Positions 9,981 to 19,594 of a DNA stretch of 64,000 nucleotides are shown piece by piece. Location: the IMG/VR virus record IMGVR_UViG_3300007344_000002. One strand, given 5' to 3'. A model generated the notes under the pieces. The model was not told where the DNA came from. It worked only from the letters and a program-made list of their open reading frames with translations, and searched no databases. Source of the stretch: an uncultured virus (IMG/VR IMGVR_UViG_3300007344_000002). Lineage: Duplodnaviria > Heunggongvirae > Uroviricota > Caudoviricetes. A program made the position numbers and the translations under genes. Each line of letters opens with the position of its first letter. Position 1 is the stretch's first letter.

Positions 9981-10575
9981 TCATTCACCTCCAAAAGCAT
10001 CTTCCCAACTAAAATCTGCATTGTTTTCTTTGGAAGTTTTCATGGCCCATTTAACATCACAATAGCACTTATCAAAAAACCAAATGAGAGTCACTAGCCA
10101 AATGAACATTAATGCAAATACTAGAAGAGTTAGCATCAAAGTACCACCACCAATAAGGTGACGATAGTAGCAATGTTGACAATATTAACCATCATCAAAA
10201 TCTTATTGCTTCTCTTGACATTGGCCAATAGTTCGCTGAGTGTTCCGTTTGTTGTTTTTTGTACTTCTATCAATTCATCTAAATTAAACATTTTTCATTC
10301 CTCTTTTATTTTTATCTACTACAGTTGCCCTATAGTATTTAACATAACATGAAAAGCAATAGTTCTTGGAAGGGTGAATCACCCTAACAAGCCTATGACA
10401 CCTAACACATCTACTCATATTATCACCTTTGATATTTCTAGGGCGAAAGTTTTTACTATTTTAATCATTCTTCTTCACCTGTTATTTCCTTGATGATTCG
10501 TTCTGCTTCACATAACTTGCAGTGATGCTTGCTTTCAAATTCGGGCCTGTGTATCATTGGTTTTATGCAATTCAT
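9981..10575 (-). CDS. Five tiny coupled ORFs between the PolB halves (10575-10465, 10468-10415, 10418-10284, 10291-10136, 10136-9981)
   Basis: Manual translation gives 36, 17, 44, 51 and 51 aa. Two are Cys/His-rich and two have a TM helix. Start and stop codons overlap. Confidence 0.5.
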
Positions 10576-12296
10576 CCTTCCATCTCCCTTGCTGTAAATG
10601 CGGCCTTACGAATAGCCTCTCTTGCACTAGCAGTAATACTAGCGGCTAGGTCTACATTCGCCCAACCGAATCCCTTGAAGGCAAGGATACCATAGAAGGA
10701 AGCCATCAAACGCTTTACAGCCATTTGGTTGTTGTTCCACTTAACGACAGCCTCCTTATCTCCAGCCTTCCTAGACTCCTTCATGTACTTCTTGTACTCG
10801 CCTCTCAACTCTTTCAAGTCGATAAGAGAGCGAGGCAATAATCCCAATTTGTCAGTCTTGAAATAGCGCATATCTTTCTCGTAGTCTTCTGCTACAGGTT
10901 GTAGATTCTGTGGAGTATTCAAGTCAGCACTGAATAGTGTTGGTTCTTCTGTAAGAGTTTCAAACGAGATATTCCTAGCAATAATCATACTAGGATAAAG
11001 ACCAGCAAAATCAAAGGCGGCTACATTGTAGTGCAATCCGTTAGTACCTTCGTCAGTAGGATTGTAAATCATAGCACCCGAATAAGATAGGCTCGCTCCA
11101 CACTTCTTACACTCTCTTAGTGTCTTCTCGTTTGGGTTCTTATGGCTACACTTATCGCAGACCTTGAACTTGGGCTTCTCTCCAGTTGGGGCTTTCCACC
11201 AAGCATTTCGCATAAAGTAGATTGAACCCATGTTAGAAGCAAAGAAGCAAGCATCGAAAGGAGCAATTAGTAATCGCTGTAAAGAAAGAATGGCTTCACT
11301 ACAGAAGTTAGTTTCATCAATCTTTACTAGTAGTTCTACATCTATCAAAGCATACTTCAAGTACGCCTCAGTATCTTCTAACCAACCTCTACGATAGAAC
11401 TCGTTAGCGTCTTCAAATTTGGTTTCCTTAGATTTACCTTCACCAAATAGAGCAGTAGAAACATACTCTAGAGATAGACTAGGTAGTGTGCCTTTCTGTG
11501 CATCATTCCATTGTCTTTCAAAGGCCATGTCCAAGTTTAGCGTAATTCTACCTCGGATAGGTTGAGCAGTAGCATGATAGCCATTCTCTTCTTTCGTAAA
11601 TCTTACCTTACCATCTTTGACCTTTATTCCATCAACAACTCCCAAAGGAGAAATAATACTAGGGTCAATATCGTAGAAGGCGCATCTAGAAAATAACTTA
11701 GGAAGGTCAGCCCAATTACCAAACCACGCAATTAACATGTCGGGGTCTTTGTCTACCATAGTCGCTAAGAAATGTTCTATCATATCTTTTTCATTCCTAA
11801 AAAAGTACTGATGTGCTGAATCACATATCATATTATCTTCGGGAAACCACGCCCATTGGATATAATCTCTATCGTAATTATCATACATTACAATAGTAGT
11901 AATCTCATCATGGTGTTCTCCGCCTTGTTGCCATTCCATATCCCAATACCACTTACGCATATCGTACTCTTTGATTTCTTCTAATCGGTCTACACAATAT
12001 CTGTAGGTGTAAGGTACATCAGCCTCGTAAGTTCTAGAAAAAGTATTCTTCAAATTCCTCAAGTCTTCCGGCATTTCTGCATAGACTTTCTTCAATCGAG
12101 TACCTTCAAGATTAACCCAATCGCCTCTCTCGTATTCTATTTCCCTAGTAATGTACTTACTAGGCTGGTAAGTAGGTGGTTCCTTACTAGTCTCTTCCAC
12201 AAAAAAGTATGGACGAAACGGAATAGTAGAACTGTGCTTAGTACCATTTTCTCTCCACGATAAATAAATATTTGAATTGTTATGTGAGATTATCAT
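10572..12296 (-). CDS. polB: Family B DNA polymerase, N-terminal half (exonuclease, motifs A and B)
   Basis: ExoI WDME, ExoIII YALID, motif A DFAGLYPS, motif B KRLMASFYG. Stops just before motif C. Confidence 0.9.
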   Translation of the reverse strand: MIISHNNSNIYLSWRENGTKHSSTIPFRPYFFVEETSKEPPTYQPSKYITREIEYERGDWVNLEGTRLKKVYAEMPEDLRNLKNTFSRTYEADVPYTYRYCVDRLEEIKEYDMRKWYWDMEWQQGGEHHDEITTIVMYDNYDRDYIQWAWFPEDNMICDSAHQYFFRNEKDMIEHFLATMVDKDPDMLIAWFGNWADLPKLFSRCAFYDIDPSIISPLGVVDGIKVKDGKVRFTKEENGYHATAQPIRGRITLNLDMAFERQWNDAQKGTLPSLSLEYVSTALFGEGKSKETKFEDANEFYRRGWLEDTEAYLKYALIDVELLVKIDETNFCSEAILSLQRLLIAPFDACFFASNMGSIYFMRNAWWKAPTGEKPKFKVCDKCSHKNPNEKTLRECKKCGASLSYSGAMIYNPTDEGTNGLHYNVAAFDFAGLYPSMIIARNISFETLTEEPTLFSADLNTPQNLQPVAEDYEKDMRYFKTDKLGLLPRSLIDLKELRGEYKKYMKESRKAGDKEAVVKWNNNQMAVKRLMASFYGILAFKGFGWANVDLAASITASAREAIRKAAFTAREMEG

Positions 12297-12300
12297 TTAA

Positions 12301-13131
12301 TCACTCTTCTAGTCTTGGTGTTTTAATCAATAGTCGGTCTTCTCCCACCAAAAGAAGTGGGAAGGCATCTTTCAAATAGAACTCAATAGTTCCGCTTTTG
12401 AAGAATTTATGGATAGGTCCACTGAAAAGAACAGTAGCAGACTGTCCTGTTGAGTGTAGTAGTTCTTCTGTGGTTAATTCATGTGAGTAAGACTTTCGGC
12501 CTCTATCAGTAGATGAAAAACGAACAGAAGGAGATTCTAATGTAGGTGTATCGGAAACAGCCATGAAGTCTATTTCATAAATTCCCGTACCTACCAATTC
12601 ACAAAAGTCCATTGTCCTAGTGAACACTTTAGAGTCCATAGAAATGTGACCCTCATATTGTGTAGTGTTAAAGTATGGCATTCCTTCTTCTACGATTAGG
12701 CGATTCATTGCAGAAACCCTATGAATTACATCTAAACTAGGATGAGCCTGTACTGTATTTAGAGTAAATTGGTTAGAACTAGTGTCTGTAATTGTTAGTC
12801 TAGTACCACCTTCAATAGTAATCTGCCCTTTGAATTTCTTCAAGATTGGAATTATCTCTGATATTCTTAGCGTTGCATTAACGCCCAAATCTTTAGTTTG
12901 TGTCCAAACTGTGTTTGCATCTTCTTGAGAAACCTCAACTAGAGGAATAGAAACTCTAAGGATGAAACCAGCATCAGCATTCCAAACTTCTAACGAATCA
13001 TTTAGTTGTACTAAGAAAGTAAAGTCACCAATGCTATCGCCCTTAAGGCCACTAGCAACAGAGTACTTACCAGCACCCTTTACACTTGTAATTGCATCTA
13101 GAAGTTCTTTTGATTCAACTCTAAGTTGCAT
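12301..13131 (-). CDS. pcn: PCNA-like sliding clamp
   Basis: About 276 aa, two-domain pattern, C-terminus FPLLL...TPRLEE as in PCNA (APRIE). Adjacent to polB. Confidence 0.6.
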   Translation of the reverse strand: MQLRVESKELLDAITSVKGAGKYSVASGLKGDSIGDFTFLVQLNDSLEVWNADAGFILRVSIPLVEVSQEDANTVWTQTKDLGVNATLRISEIIPILKKFKGQITIEGGTRLTITDTSSNQFTLNTVQAHPSLDVIHRVSAMNRLIVEEGMPYFNTTQYEGHISMDSKVFTRTMDFCELVGTGIYEIDFMAVSDTPTLESPSVRFSSTDRGRKSYSHELTTEELLHSTGQSATVLFSGPIHKFFKSGTIEFYLKDAFPLLLVGEDRLLIKTPRLEE

Positions 13132-13919
13132 CAAATATCACCACTCTTAACGCAGTCCAATCCCTTCCATGTCACTTCACCCTCTCGGCTAACAGTTAAG
13201 ACATTGAATCTCTTATTCAAAAGACTAGGGAAGTACTTACTGCTCTTAACATAGGCTTCGTATTCCATACCTTTGACAGTACTTCTTTGGGTAGTTCGTA
13301 TTACACTCCAAAGATGAGAGTCCCACTTATTCCAAATTGGTTGGGGGTCTTCATCTCTAAAGGGAGGCTTAGTGTGAGTGATGTAAATTTGGTCACAGTC
13401 AATCGCTTTCGCTTCCTTTAGAACTTGCCTAAATGGATTGTTTCTTTGCCACCAATCTTGTTGCTTTGCTGTCTTCATTGGTCGCATTCTTGCGTTCTCC
13501 ATTCCAGTCATGTAAAGAGTACAGTACTCAAGCCATGTATCAATTCCATCCCAAACAAAGAGAATCTCTTCTGTCTTAGCCGCTTCTCTTGCTAGAGCAA
13601 TGAAAGACCTAATGTTTCCTTGTGTTTGGTAAGGTAGTAGTTCTCCATCTTCTCCGTATTCTGCTGGATTGTAGATAGTAATTCTATCAGTAGAATCATG
13701 GTTTGCTTTCCATGTAGGTACTCCACCATCATCTACATCTAAGTAGAAAGTTCGCTTATCAGTATCCATTGCTATTCCGCTCTTGCCGGTCTTAGCATCG
13801 CCTTCTATTCCTAGTCGCATTCTCCTAGGAGCATCCTTGGCCATCTTAGTCTGCGCTAGAATCTTAGCCCTCATGCTATCAATGTCAATCTCCGTTTGTT
13901 CTTCTTTTCTTTTTTGCAT
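13131..13919 (-). CDS. RecA-superfamily/AAA_24 (Sak4-like) ATPase
   Basis: Walker A GDAKTGKS, Walker B FVWDG, YITH motif. Confidence 0.65.
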   Translation of the reverse strand: MQKRKEEQTEIDIDSMRAKILAQTKMAKDAPRRMRLGIEGDAKTGKSGIAMDTDKRTFYLDVDDGGVPTWKANHDSTDRITIYNPAEYGEDGELLPYQTQGNIRSFIALAREAAKTEEILFVWDGIDTWLEYCTLYMTGMENARMRPMKTAKQQDWWQRNNPFRQVLKEAKAIDCDQIYITHTKPPFRDEDPQPIWNKWDSHLWSVIRTTQRSTVKGMEYEAYVKSSKYFPSLLNKRFNVLTVSREGEVTWKGLDCVKSGDI

Positions 13920-13932
13920 TTTTATTCACCTT

Positions 13933-14679
13933 TCAAATAAGATAATTGATTATAAGGCCAATTACCAAAACGCCTATTGTTATGCCAAACTTCTTTAGAT
14001 TCTTCATTGGGTCTAAATCTAACATCGTTCCTGTGACTAAATTATCCATAAGGAAACTTTGGTCGTCAATTGTAAAACTATTCCATTCTAAAACACTATC
14101 TACAGTAGGTAGGCAAAAATGATACCAATATCCATCAGTCACGACAAACCTGTACTCATTTACATTAGGGACTTCCGCTAAAAAATCTTCAACTTGTTCA
14201 ATTCCCTTATGCGTTTGATTTGGTGCTTCTGCTTCAACCAACCACTTAACAGGAGATTTATGCCCCTTGAACGAAACTGTCAATAGATAATCTAGATATT
14301 TGTTTCTATTATCTACTGTTTTAAAGTGAGGTTCTCTGCTAAAGTTAGTTTTACAAGATTCGCTTTTAGCCCTAGTAGAAAGAGTTTCAAACATAGGCTC
14401 AACTAAGTTTTCTTGAATAGCAGTTTCGGGTTTAGTTTGAACTAGGAAATGCTGACTTCTCATAAAACCATTATTCATTAGCAATACTTTGCCTTCTTCT
14501 GTTAATTTATTCATAAACCCCGAAAGTTTTTTAGAATTACTATAGTAGAATCTCTTTGCTTGTTTTCTCCTAGCCTTTCTTTCTTCCTTAATCACACTTT
14601 TCTTTTTGTCTTCACAGGTTCTAGCAGTGTGTCCTATAACACCACAAAACCCACATTTCATATTCTTTACTGTTTTCAT
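13933..14679 (-). CDS. Zn knuckle + HsdR-N-like PD-(D/E)xK domain + C-terminal TM helix
   Basis: CGFCGVIGHTARTC; YLDYLL..LVEAE..GIEQV..VVTDG..Y; hydrophobic C-tail. Confidence 0.55.
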   Translation of the reverse strand: MKTVKNMKCGFCGVIGHTARTCEDKKKSVIKEERKARRKQAKRFYYSNSKKLSGFMNKLTEEGKVLLMNNGFMRSQHFLVQTKPETAIQENLVEPMFETLSTRAKSESCKTNFSREPHFKTVDNRNKYLDYLLTVSFKGHKSPVKWLVEAEAPNQTHKGIEQVEDFLAEVPNVNEYRFVVTDGYWYHFCLPTVDSVLEWNSFTIDDQSFLMDNLVTGTMLDLDPMKNLKKFGITIGVLVIGLIINYLI

Positions 14680-14681
14680 AT

Positions 14682-14903
14682 CTATTCACCTTTTGTTCTT
14701 GTCCATTCTTGGACTAGTTCTTCCACTTCTTCTTCTGTATCTAATTGTAGTCTTGTTTCCTTATCTCCGATATGGAGTTTAACGAAATAACTGCCATTCT
14801 CATAGTTTTCCTTCCATGTAATAAACTGAATATCAGTTAGGCACACAGTCCAAGTATTAGCCTTGGTAAGGAAGCCGTCTTCAAAAGTAATAGTATCACT
14901 CAT
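14682..14903 (-). CDS. Small beta-rich protein, paralog of the upstream ORF
   Basis: IQFITWK...YFVKLH aligns with IAHMSWK...YSVKIY. Confidence 0.5.
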   Translation of the reverse strand: MSDTITFEDGFLTKANTWTVCLTDIQFITWKENYENGSYFVKLHIGDKETRLQLDTEEEVEELVQEWTRTKGE

Positions 14904-15123
14904 TAGCATCAACCCATTTGATATAGTTTGTCGTTAGTTTGATAAATTCTTCTTCGCTCATATGCTGTTGAATAAGGTTAGCATTGGAGTAAATTTTAAC
15001 AGAGTAGAATATTTCGCCATTGTCTATTCTATCTGCTTTCCAAGACATATGAGCAATATTTCTATATGAAATAATAGCCCTATGTGTTTTAATCATCGTT
15101 TTAGTTATCGTTAGTTTATTCAT
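14896..15123 (-). CDS. Small beta-rich protein, paralog of the downstream ORF
   Basis: See the paralog above. Start at MNKLTI. Confidence 0.5.
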   Translation of the reverse strand: MNKLTITKTMIKTHRAIISYRNIAHMSWKADRIDNGEIFYSVKIYSNANLIQQHMSEEEFIKLTTNYIKWVDANE

Positions 15124-15214
15124 AGTTTTCACCGAGTTAGTGGGCTTTGCACCCACTTGAGCAACATTATATGGTAACTTGCTTGCACACGCACATTAGA
15201 GTTAATCAGCCGAC

Positions 15215-16414
15215 TCAAAACCAATCAAGGTTTTCTTCTTCGTCGTCAGCAATCTCAACGACTTGACCCTTTCTTTCAGTCACTAAAAGGCCGGACAGGT
15301 TGATTGTAGATGGCTCCATACCATCATCACCCTCTCGCATAGAAGTACGACCAACAACAACCACTTCGGAACCAATACCAAAGTCAACTTCGATATGTTG
15401 TGGAACCCAACAAGTAGTCATGCCGTCAGTATCGTAGTCAAAGTCTGCATTAAGGTCAGTAATGTTCAAGATTCTATTTCCATTGGAAGTAGGAGTCATG
15501 TTCATATTACAAACTGTACCCATAGTAATCACAAATCGTTCAACTGCTGGTAGGTCACGCTGTTCCATGTGTCTATCATCAAGAAGAGATAGTGATACTA
15601 CCTTGTCTGCTAGAATACTGCTGGCCAAGTTGTAAGGGGTCATTGGTGTGTCCCGATGAGTATCTCCTTCGGGGTCTAGTTCTGCGTTGTATTCCCAACC
15701 CTCTAGAGTCTTCTTAGTGTAGCCGTAAATGTAGCCTTCTCTATTACTATCCTTAATGACCGGCATGTGGATAAATTCAAAGGTTCTTGGTAAGAAGTCA
15801 ACGCCGTTTTGGTTCTTGTAAGAGAAGTGGTACATTTGGTAGTCGGCATCATCGCCAACCTTACCAACGAATACTCCGCTTCGGCGCATTAGTTCCTTAG
15901 CCAATGGCTTACCGTAGTTCTTATTCTCTCCTCCGTTAGTGTATCGCTTTGTCACATCTAGAGGAATAACAATAGTGCCGTCTTCCAATGTTTCTGCTCC
16001 GTCTGCTAGAACACTTAGGGTTCTCGTTTGTTCTTCACCATCAAATACACGACTAACTGTGTAGTGTCCGTCTTCTGTTTCTTCAACTGTAGCAACAAAG
16101 CCTTCTTGGTAAGCCTTGTAAGCATCACGCTTCCATTCTTCAATCGCTCGTCGTCGGTTGTAAGCCATCATATCTCTTGGTTCCTCTAGAGAAACAAAGA
16201 AACCAAAGGCACTGTCACCAAAGGATTTACGCTCCGTATTGTTCGTTCGCTTTTTCATGCTAAGTTGTTGACTAGCGTAGGCTCGCCATAGACCCTTTGC
16301 TAGGGTCGAGTCGGTTCCAACACCATTCGTCTTGCATATCTCTTCAAATTTCAGTTGTGCATCTTCTTCCGAGATGCCTAACTTCTCTGCCGCTTTATTT
16401 ATTTCGTTTTGCAT
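15215..16414 (-). CDS. RPA/SSB-like OB-fold ssDNA-binding protein
   Basis: RPA-like N-terminal helix, C-terminal OB-like strands (FGIGSEVVVVG), acidic tail ending DWF. Confidence 0.55.
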   Translation of the reverse strand: MQNEINKAAEKLGISEEDAQLKFEEICKTNGVGTDSTLAKGLWRAYASQQLSMKKRTNNTERKSFGDSAFGFFVSLEEPRDMMAYNRRRAIEEWKRDAYKAYQEGFVATVEETEDGHYTVSRVFDGEEQTRTLSVLADGAETLEDGTIVIPLDVTKRYTNGGENKNYGKPLAKELMRRSGVFVGKVGDDADYQMYHFSYKNQNGVDFLPRTFEFIHMPVIKDSNREGYIYGYTKKTLEGWEYNAELDPEGDTHRDTPMTPYNLASSILADKVVSLSLLDDRHMEQRDLPAVERFVITMGTVCNMNMTPTSNGNRILNITDLNADFDYDTDGMTTCWVPQHIEVDFGIGSEVVVVGRTSMREGDDGMEPSTINLSGLLVTERKGQVVEIADDEEENLDWF

Positions 16415-16426
16415 TTTTTTTACCTC

Positions 16427-17332
16427 CTATTGTAGGTTTCCCACCATCCATGATACGAGTAATTTAGGGGTCATGTTGTGGGAACGCCATTCTCCTTCAC
16501 CAATTACTCGTAGGAATTTCAGTTTTTTGTTGCTATCCATTTCCGAAGAAACGATATAATCGTGCAACCCTATGCAAATCTCCTTAGTGGAGATTCCTTC
16601 ATAGATTAGATTGTGTAGATTTTTCAGTGCTTCGTTTGGATTGTTATTCAATATGTTCATTGTAATCTGTTCGTACTTTTTGAGTCCTTTTTCGATTTGA
16701 GTCGTCAGTCGTATGCCGGATGCGACGGATGCTTGCAGTTCGGTAAGTGTCCTTCTCATATCACCGTTGAAGGCATATATAAACGACCTAATTTCTTCGG
16801 GGACCGGATACTTTTCTGCCCCTAGGATTTTGACAATTGCTTCTTCAATTACTTCAAAGGTGAGATTTTTGAAGAAGTAATTAGCACAACGAGATTGTAG
16901 AGCATAGATAATTTTGTTTCGATTATTACAGGTAATGATGAATCTTATGTTTGATTCATAACGCTCCATCAATCTCTTAAGTGCGTTTTGTGCATCATTA
17001 GTCATACCATCCATCTCATCTAGTAAGACTATTCTAAAGGGTACATCTCCAATAGAAGACTCCTGTGCAATGTTTTTGATTTTAGTCCTAACTGTTTCTA
17101 GCCTTCTATCATCGGAAGCGTTTATCTCAAAGAAATTTGAGAGCGCATCCTTTCCTAGAATAGCATTTGCTAGGGCAACTGCGGCTCCTGTTTTACCAGT
17201 TCCCGAATTACCATAAAGCAAAAGGTTAGGGCATTCTTTATTCAAAACCCAATGTTCAGCATCCATAACAAAATGTTCTTGACCTAGTACATCGGATAAT
17301 TTACTTGGTCTGTACTTTTCAGTCCATAGCAT
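16427..17332 (-). CDS. rfcS: Replication factor C small subunit
   Basis: WTEKYRP, GNSGTGKT, EINASDDR, LLDEMD, SRC, GDMR. Confidence 0.95.
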   Translation of the reverse strand: MLWTEKYRPSKLSDVLGQEHFVMDAEHWVLNKECPNLLLYGNSGTGKTGAAVALANAILGKDALSNFFEINASDDRRLETVRTKIKNIAQESSIGDVPFRIVLLDEMDGMTNDAQNALKRLMERYESNIRFIITCNNRNKIIYALQSRCANYFFKNLTFEVIEEAIVKILGAEKYPVPEEIRSFIYAFNGDMRRTLTELQASVASGIRLTTQIEKGLKKYEQITMNILNNNPNEALKNLHNLIYEGISTKEICIGLHDYIVSSEMDSNKKLKFLRVIGEGEWRSHNMTPKLLVSWMVGNLQ

Positions 17333-17609
17333 ACGCTACACCTCGCAATCCCCAAACTGTAGTTTTAGTTTCACCATCGAAACCTAACTTGTTAAATTGT
17401 TTTCTTTTCATAATTTGACTCACAACCCTTTTGTTCTGTTGCCAAAAAGTAGTTTCCGATTCGTATTGATAAATAGTACCTATGTCACTCTTAACAACTT
17501 GAGTTGTTTTCAAGGTAGATAAATGGTCTACGATTTGTTTTGTGTTCAATGGCCTTCCTTCGTTTTCTAATAGTTTAATTATTTTATTTTGTAGTCTTTT
17601 GTGTTTCAT
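17319..17609 (-). CDS. Winged-helix DNA-binding protein (paralog 1)
   Basis: KHKRL..KI..LL..EG.PL.T..I.DHL...F.K.G...W pattern. Confidence 0.55.
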   Translation of the reverse strand: MKHKRLQNKIIKLLENEGRPLNTKQIVDHLSTLKTTQVVKSDIGTIYQYESETTFWQQNKRVVSQIMKRKQFNKLGFDGETKTTVWGLRGVAYAMD

Positions 17610-17869
17610 TTGTATTCCTCCTTTACTTCCCAAATATCTAAAGCGGCTTTTTTATTGTGTCCAACCTTTACGAAGTATTTTCTTCGCATTAGGTTTCCAA
17701 TAACATTTATACTTTGAATGTAGAAATGGTTAGACTTAGAGCCGGTCCTATTATTCTTAAAATTATTACAATAGTCGTGTATTTCTCTAGTATCTTTAGG
17801 GCCGCTCTCTATCAAATATTTTCTTATTCTCTCTGTTAATCTTTTGTGTTTCAATTCATATTCCTCCAA
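17606..17869 (-). CDS. Winged-helix DNA-binding protein (paralog 2)
   Basis: KHKRL..RI.KYL..SGPKDT.EI.DY...IGNLM...F.KVG...W pattern. Confidence 0.55.
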   Translation of the reverse strand: MEEYELKHKRLTERIRKYLIESGPKDTREIHDYCNNFKNNRTGSKSNHFYIQSINVIGNLMRRKYFVKVGHNKKAALDIWEVKEEYK

Positions 17870-18039
17870 CCTTCTTCGATTGAAATTAAACTAGCATATC
17901 TAGGTAATATCTTACTGAGTTCGGACATAGTAATGCCCCACTTGAGTTTAGAATTAAGATGATTGTAAATCTCATCTGTTGTCTTAGGGCCACTCTTCAA
18001 GTATTTTTTCAAGTGCCTAATGGCTACAACATTTGCCAT
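17851..18039 (-). CDS. Winged-helix DNA-binding protein (paralog 3)
   Basis: KKYLKSGPKTTDEIYNHL pattern. Confidence 0.55.
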   Translation of the reverse strand: MANVVAIRHLKKYLKSGPKTTDEIYNHLNSKLKWGITMSELSKILPRYASLISIEEGWRNMN

Positions 18040-18884
18040 TAGAATTCCCCCAAAGCCATTGGCTTTACTGTTTTCTTTTTTGTCTTTCTTTTCTTTTTCT
18101 CACCAAGACCTAGTATTCTGCATTCTGCATTATTCAACTTGGTCTTAGCGAACTTGGCAAAGTCTTCATCTTTGAGCAACTGCCTAAGTAAGCGTTCATC
18201 TCCACCTTTCAATCCTAATCTTCTACAGAAACTAGGTACTTTGGAGTAGGCTCTACGCTGTGGCATTCGAGGTCTAGTGAATGATTTACCACTATGAGAG
18301 TAGGCTAACATCTCTTGAAAATAAGCGAGTGACCATCTTCTCTTCACAATAGTATCTATGAAGAGTAGTCGATTAGGATGAATGTTTTCAGCCAGCCAAC
18401 TTATGAATTGAACATCGGAAGGTTTGTTGAATTTGATTAGTTCTAATACTTTCTCTCTATCGCTTTCTCTTAGATAGTCCAATACTAAAGAGAATACATC
18501 TCGTTCTAAATTATTAGGTTCTTGACTTCTAGGAGCGAGTTCTGCAAATTGCTCTTGTCTGTAATTTATATTACCCGCTCTTTTTATCTTAACCATATTT
18601 TTAATTTCATTAGGTATTGATTTTTGATTTATACTTGTTAGTATGATAGTACCTCGGTACTTTCTCAAGACATTTAGAATTTCATCAGTCTTTGGTTTGT
18701 AATGAACATCTTCAATTATAATTCCTAGTTCTAATGGAAAGGAAAGTACATCTCGTATTTTCATTTCATCAGCATACAACACCATAGCATTAGGCAACAT
18801 TTCCTTTGCCTGTGTGCTTTTTCCTGTTCCTGTCTTCCCGACAATTATTATCGGTTTCTTCTTTTCAATCGTAGTCAGTGCCAT
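18039..18884 (-). CDS. Shortened RFC large subunit-like AAA+ protein
   Basis: GKTGTGKST, IIIEDVH, IILTS; basic C-terminus with a PIP-like end. Near rfcS. Confidence 0.55.
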   Translation of the reverse strand: MALTTIEKKKPIIIVGKTGTGKSTQAKEMLPNAMVLYADEMKIRDVLSFPLELGIIIEDVHYKPKTDEILNVLRKYRGTIILTSINQKSIPNEIKNMVKIKRAGNINYRQEQFAELAPRSQEPNNLERDVFSLVLDYLRESDREKVLELIKFNKPSDVQFISWLAENIHPNRLLFIDTIVKRRWSLAYFQEMLAYSHSGKSFTRPRMPQRRAYSKVPSFCRRLGLKGGDERLLRQLLKDEDFAKFAKTKLNNAECRILGLGEKKKRKTKKKTVKPMALGEF

Positions 18885-19281
18885 CTATAATTCCTCTAAT
18901 TTTCATTATGTTTTCTATCCCATTTAGCGTTAGGTGTTCCTTTCTAACTAGCATTTGAACAACATCATTGTGTTCTTGAATATGATTTTGTAGTTGTAAT
19001 AGGTGTTCGGGAATAAGAGCCATCGTCTTTGCATTGTTTTCAATGCCCCTAATTACCAATATTGGTTTTGGTCTTTTTTTGTTTTCGACTTCTTTTACAG
19101 AATTGACTATTCCGTAGAGAGAAAGAGTTCTATTGATTTGATGAAGAAGAGGCAAATTACCTCTTATTATTATGAGAGGTCTAACACTATAGCCTAGTCT
19201 AGAATTTGGACTTCTAAACAATTCTATGTTATATGCTGGCTTGCACAAAAGAATACCCACCAAGATATTCTTATTCAGCAC
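18865..19281 (-). CDS. Degenerate LAGLIDADG-like DNA-binding domain
   Basis: C-terminal KEHLTLNGIENIMKIR signature. The N-terminal helix LVGILLCKP lacks the catalytic acidic residue. Confidence 0.5.
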   Translation of the reverse strand: MLNKNILVGILLCKPAYNIELFRSPNSRLGYSVRPLIIIRGNLPLLHQINRTLSLYGIVNSVKEVENKKRPKPILVIRGIENNAKTMALIPEHLLQLQNHIQEHNDVVQMLVRKEHLTLNGIENIMKIRGIIDGTDYD

Positions 19282-19519
19282 TACGAACCACTGCCCCTAT
19301 GTATTCGTATTTCTGTTGTATTGTAGAGACAATATTGGCTAGGATAAAGGCTTCTGCATCTAGTTGATTTCCGGATATTGTGACCACCATGTATCCTTCA
19401 TAAGAGCCATATTTGCCACTTATCTCTTCTAGATGGATAGTACTCTTGACTGCCATTTCTCTTCTTCCCATCATTTCTTTATTGACTTGCCCTATTAGAA
19501 AGGCATCCTTAGTCTTCAT
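19271..19519 (-). CDS. Hypothetical protein (may start further upstream)
   Basis: The frame stays open back to 19594. Confidence 0.5.
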   Translation of the reverse strand: MKTKDAFLIGQVNKEMMGRREMAVKSTIHLEEISGKYGSYEGYMVVTISGNQLDAEAFILANIVSTIQQKYEYIGAVVRSAE

Positions 19520-19594
19520 TTCTCTATCTAAACTAAAGACAAATTGAGTTGCCTCACCAAATTCACGAATTAAATCTTCTGCGCTACAGTTAAT

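Noticed and set aside
9981..10575. Self-splicing intron in polB
   Set aside because: The gap is filled with coupled ORFs, the second half has its own strong RBS, and no group I/II core was recognised.
15125..15215. Structured RNA downstream of the RPA gene
   Set aside because: Only short hairpins (GTGGG/CCCAC, GCAA/TTGC) are present. These could be a terminator or processing signal and are too weak to call.
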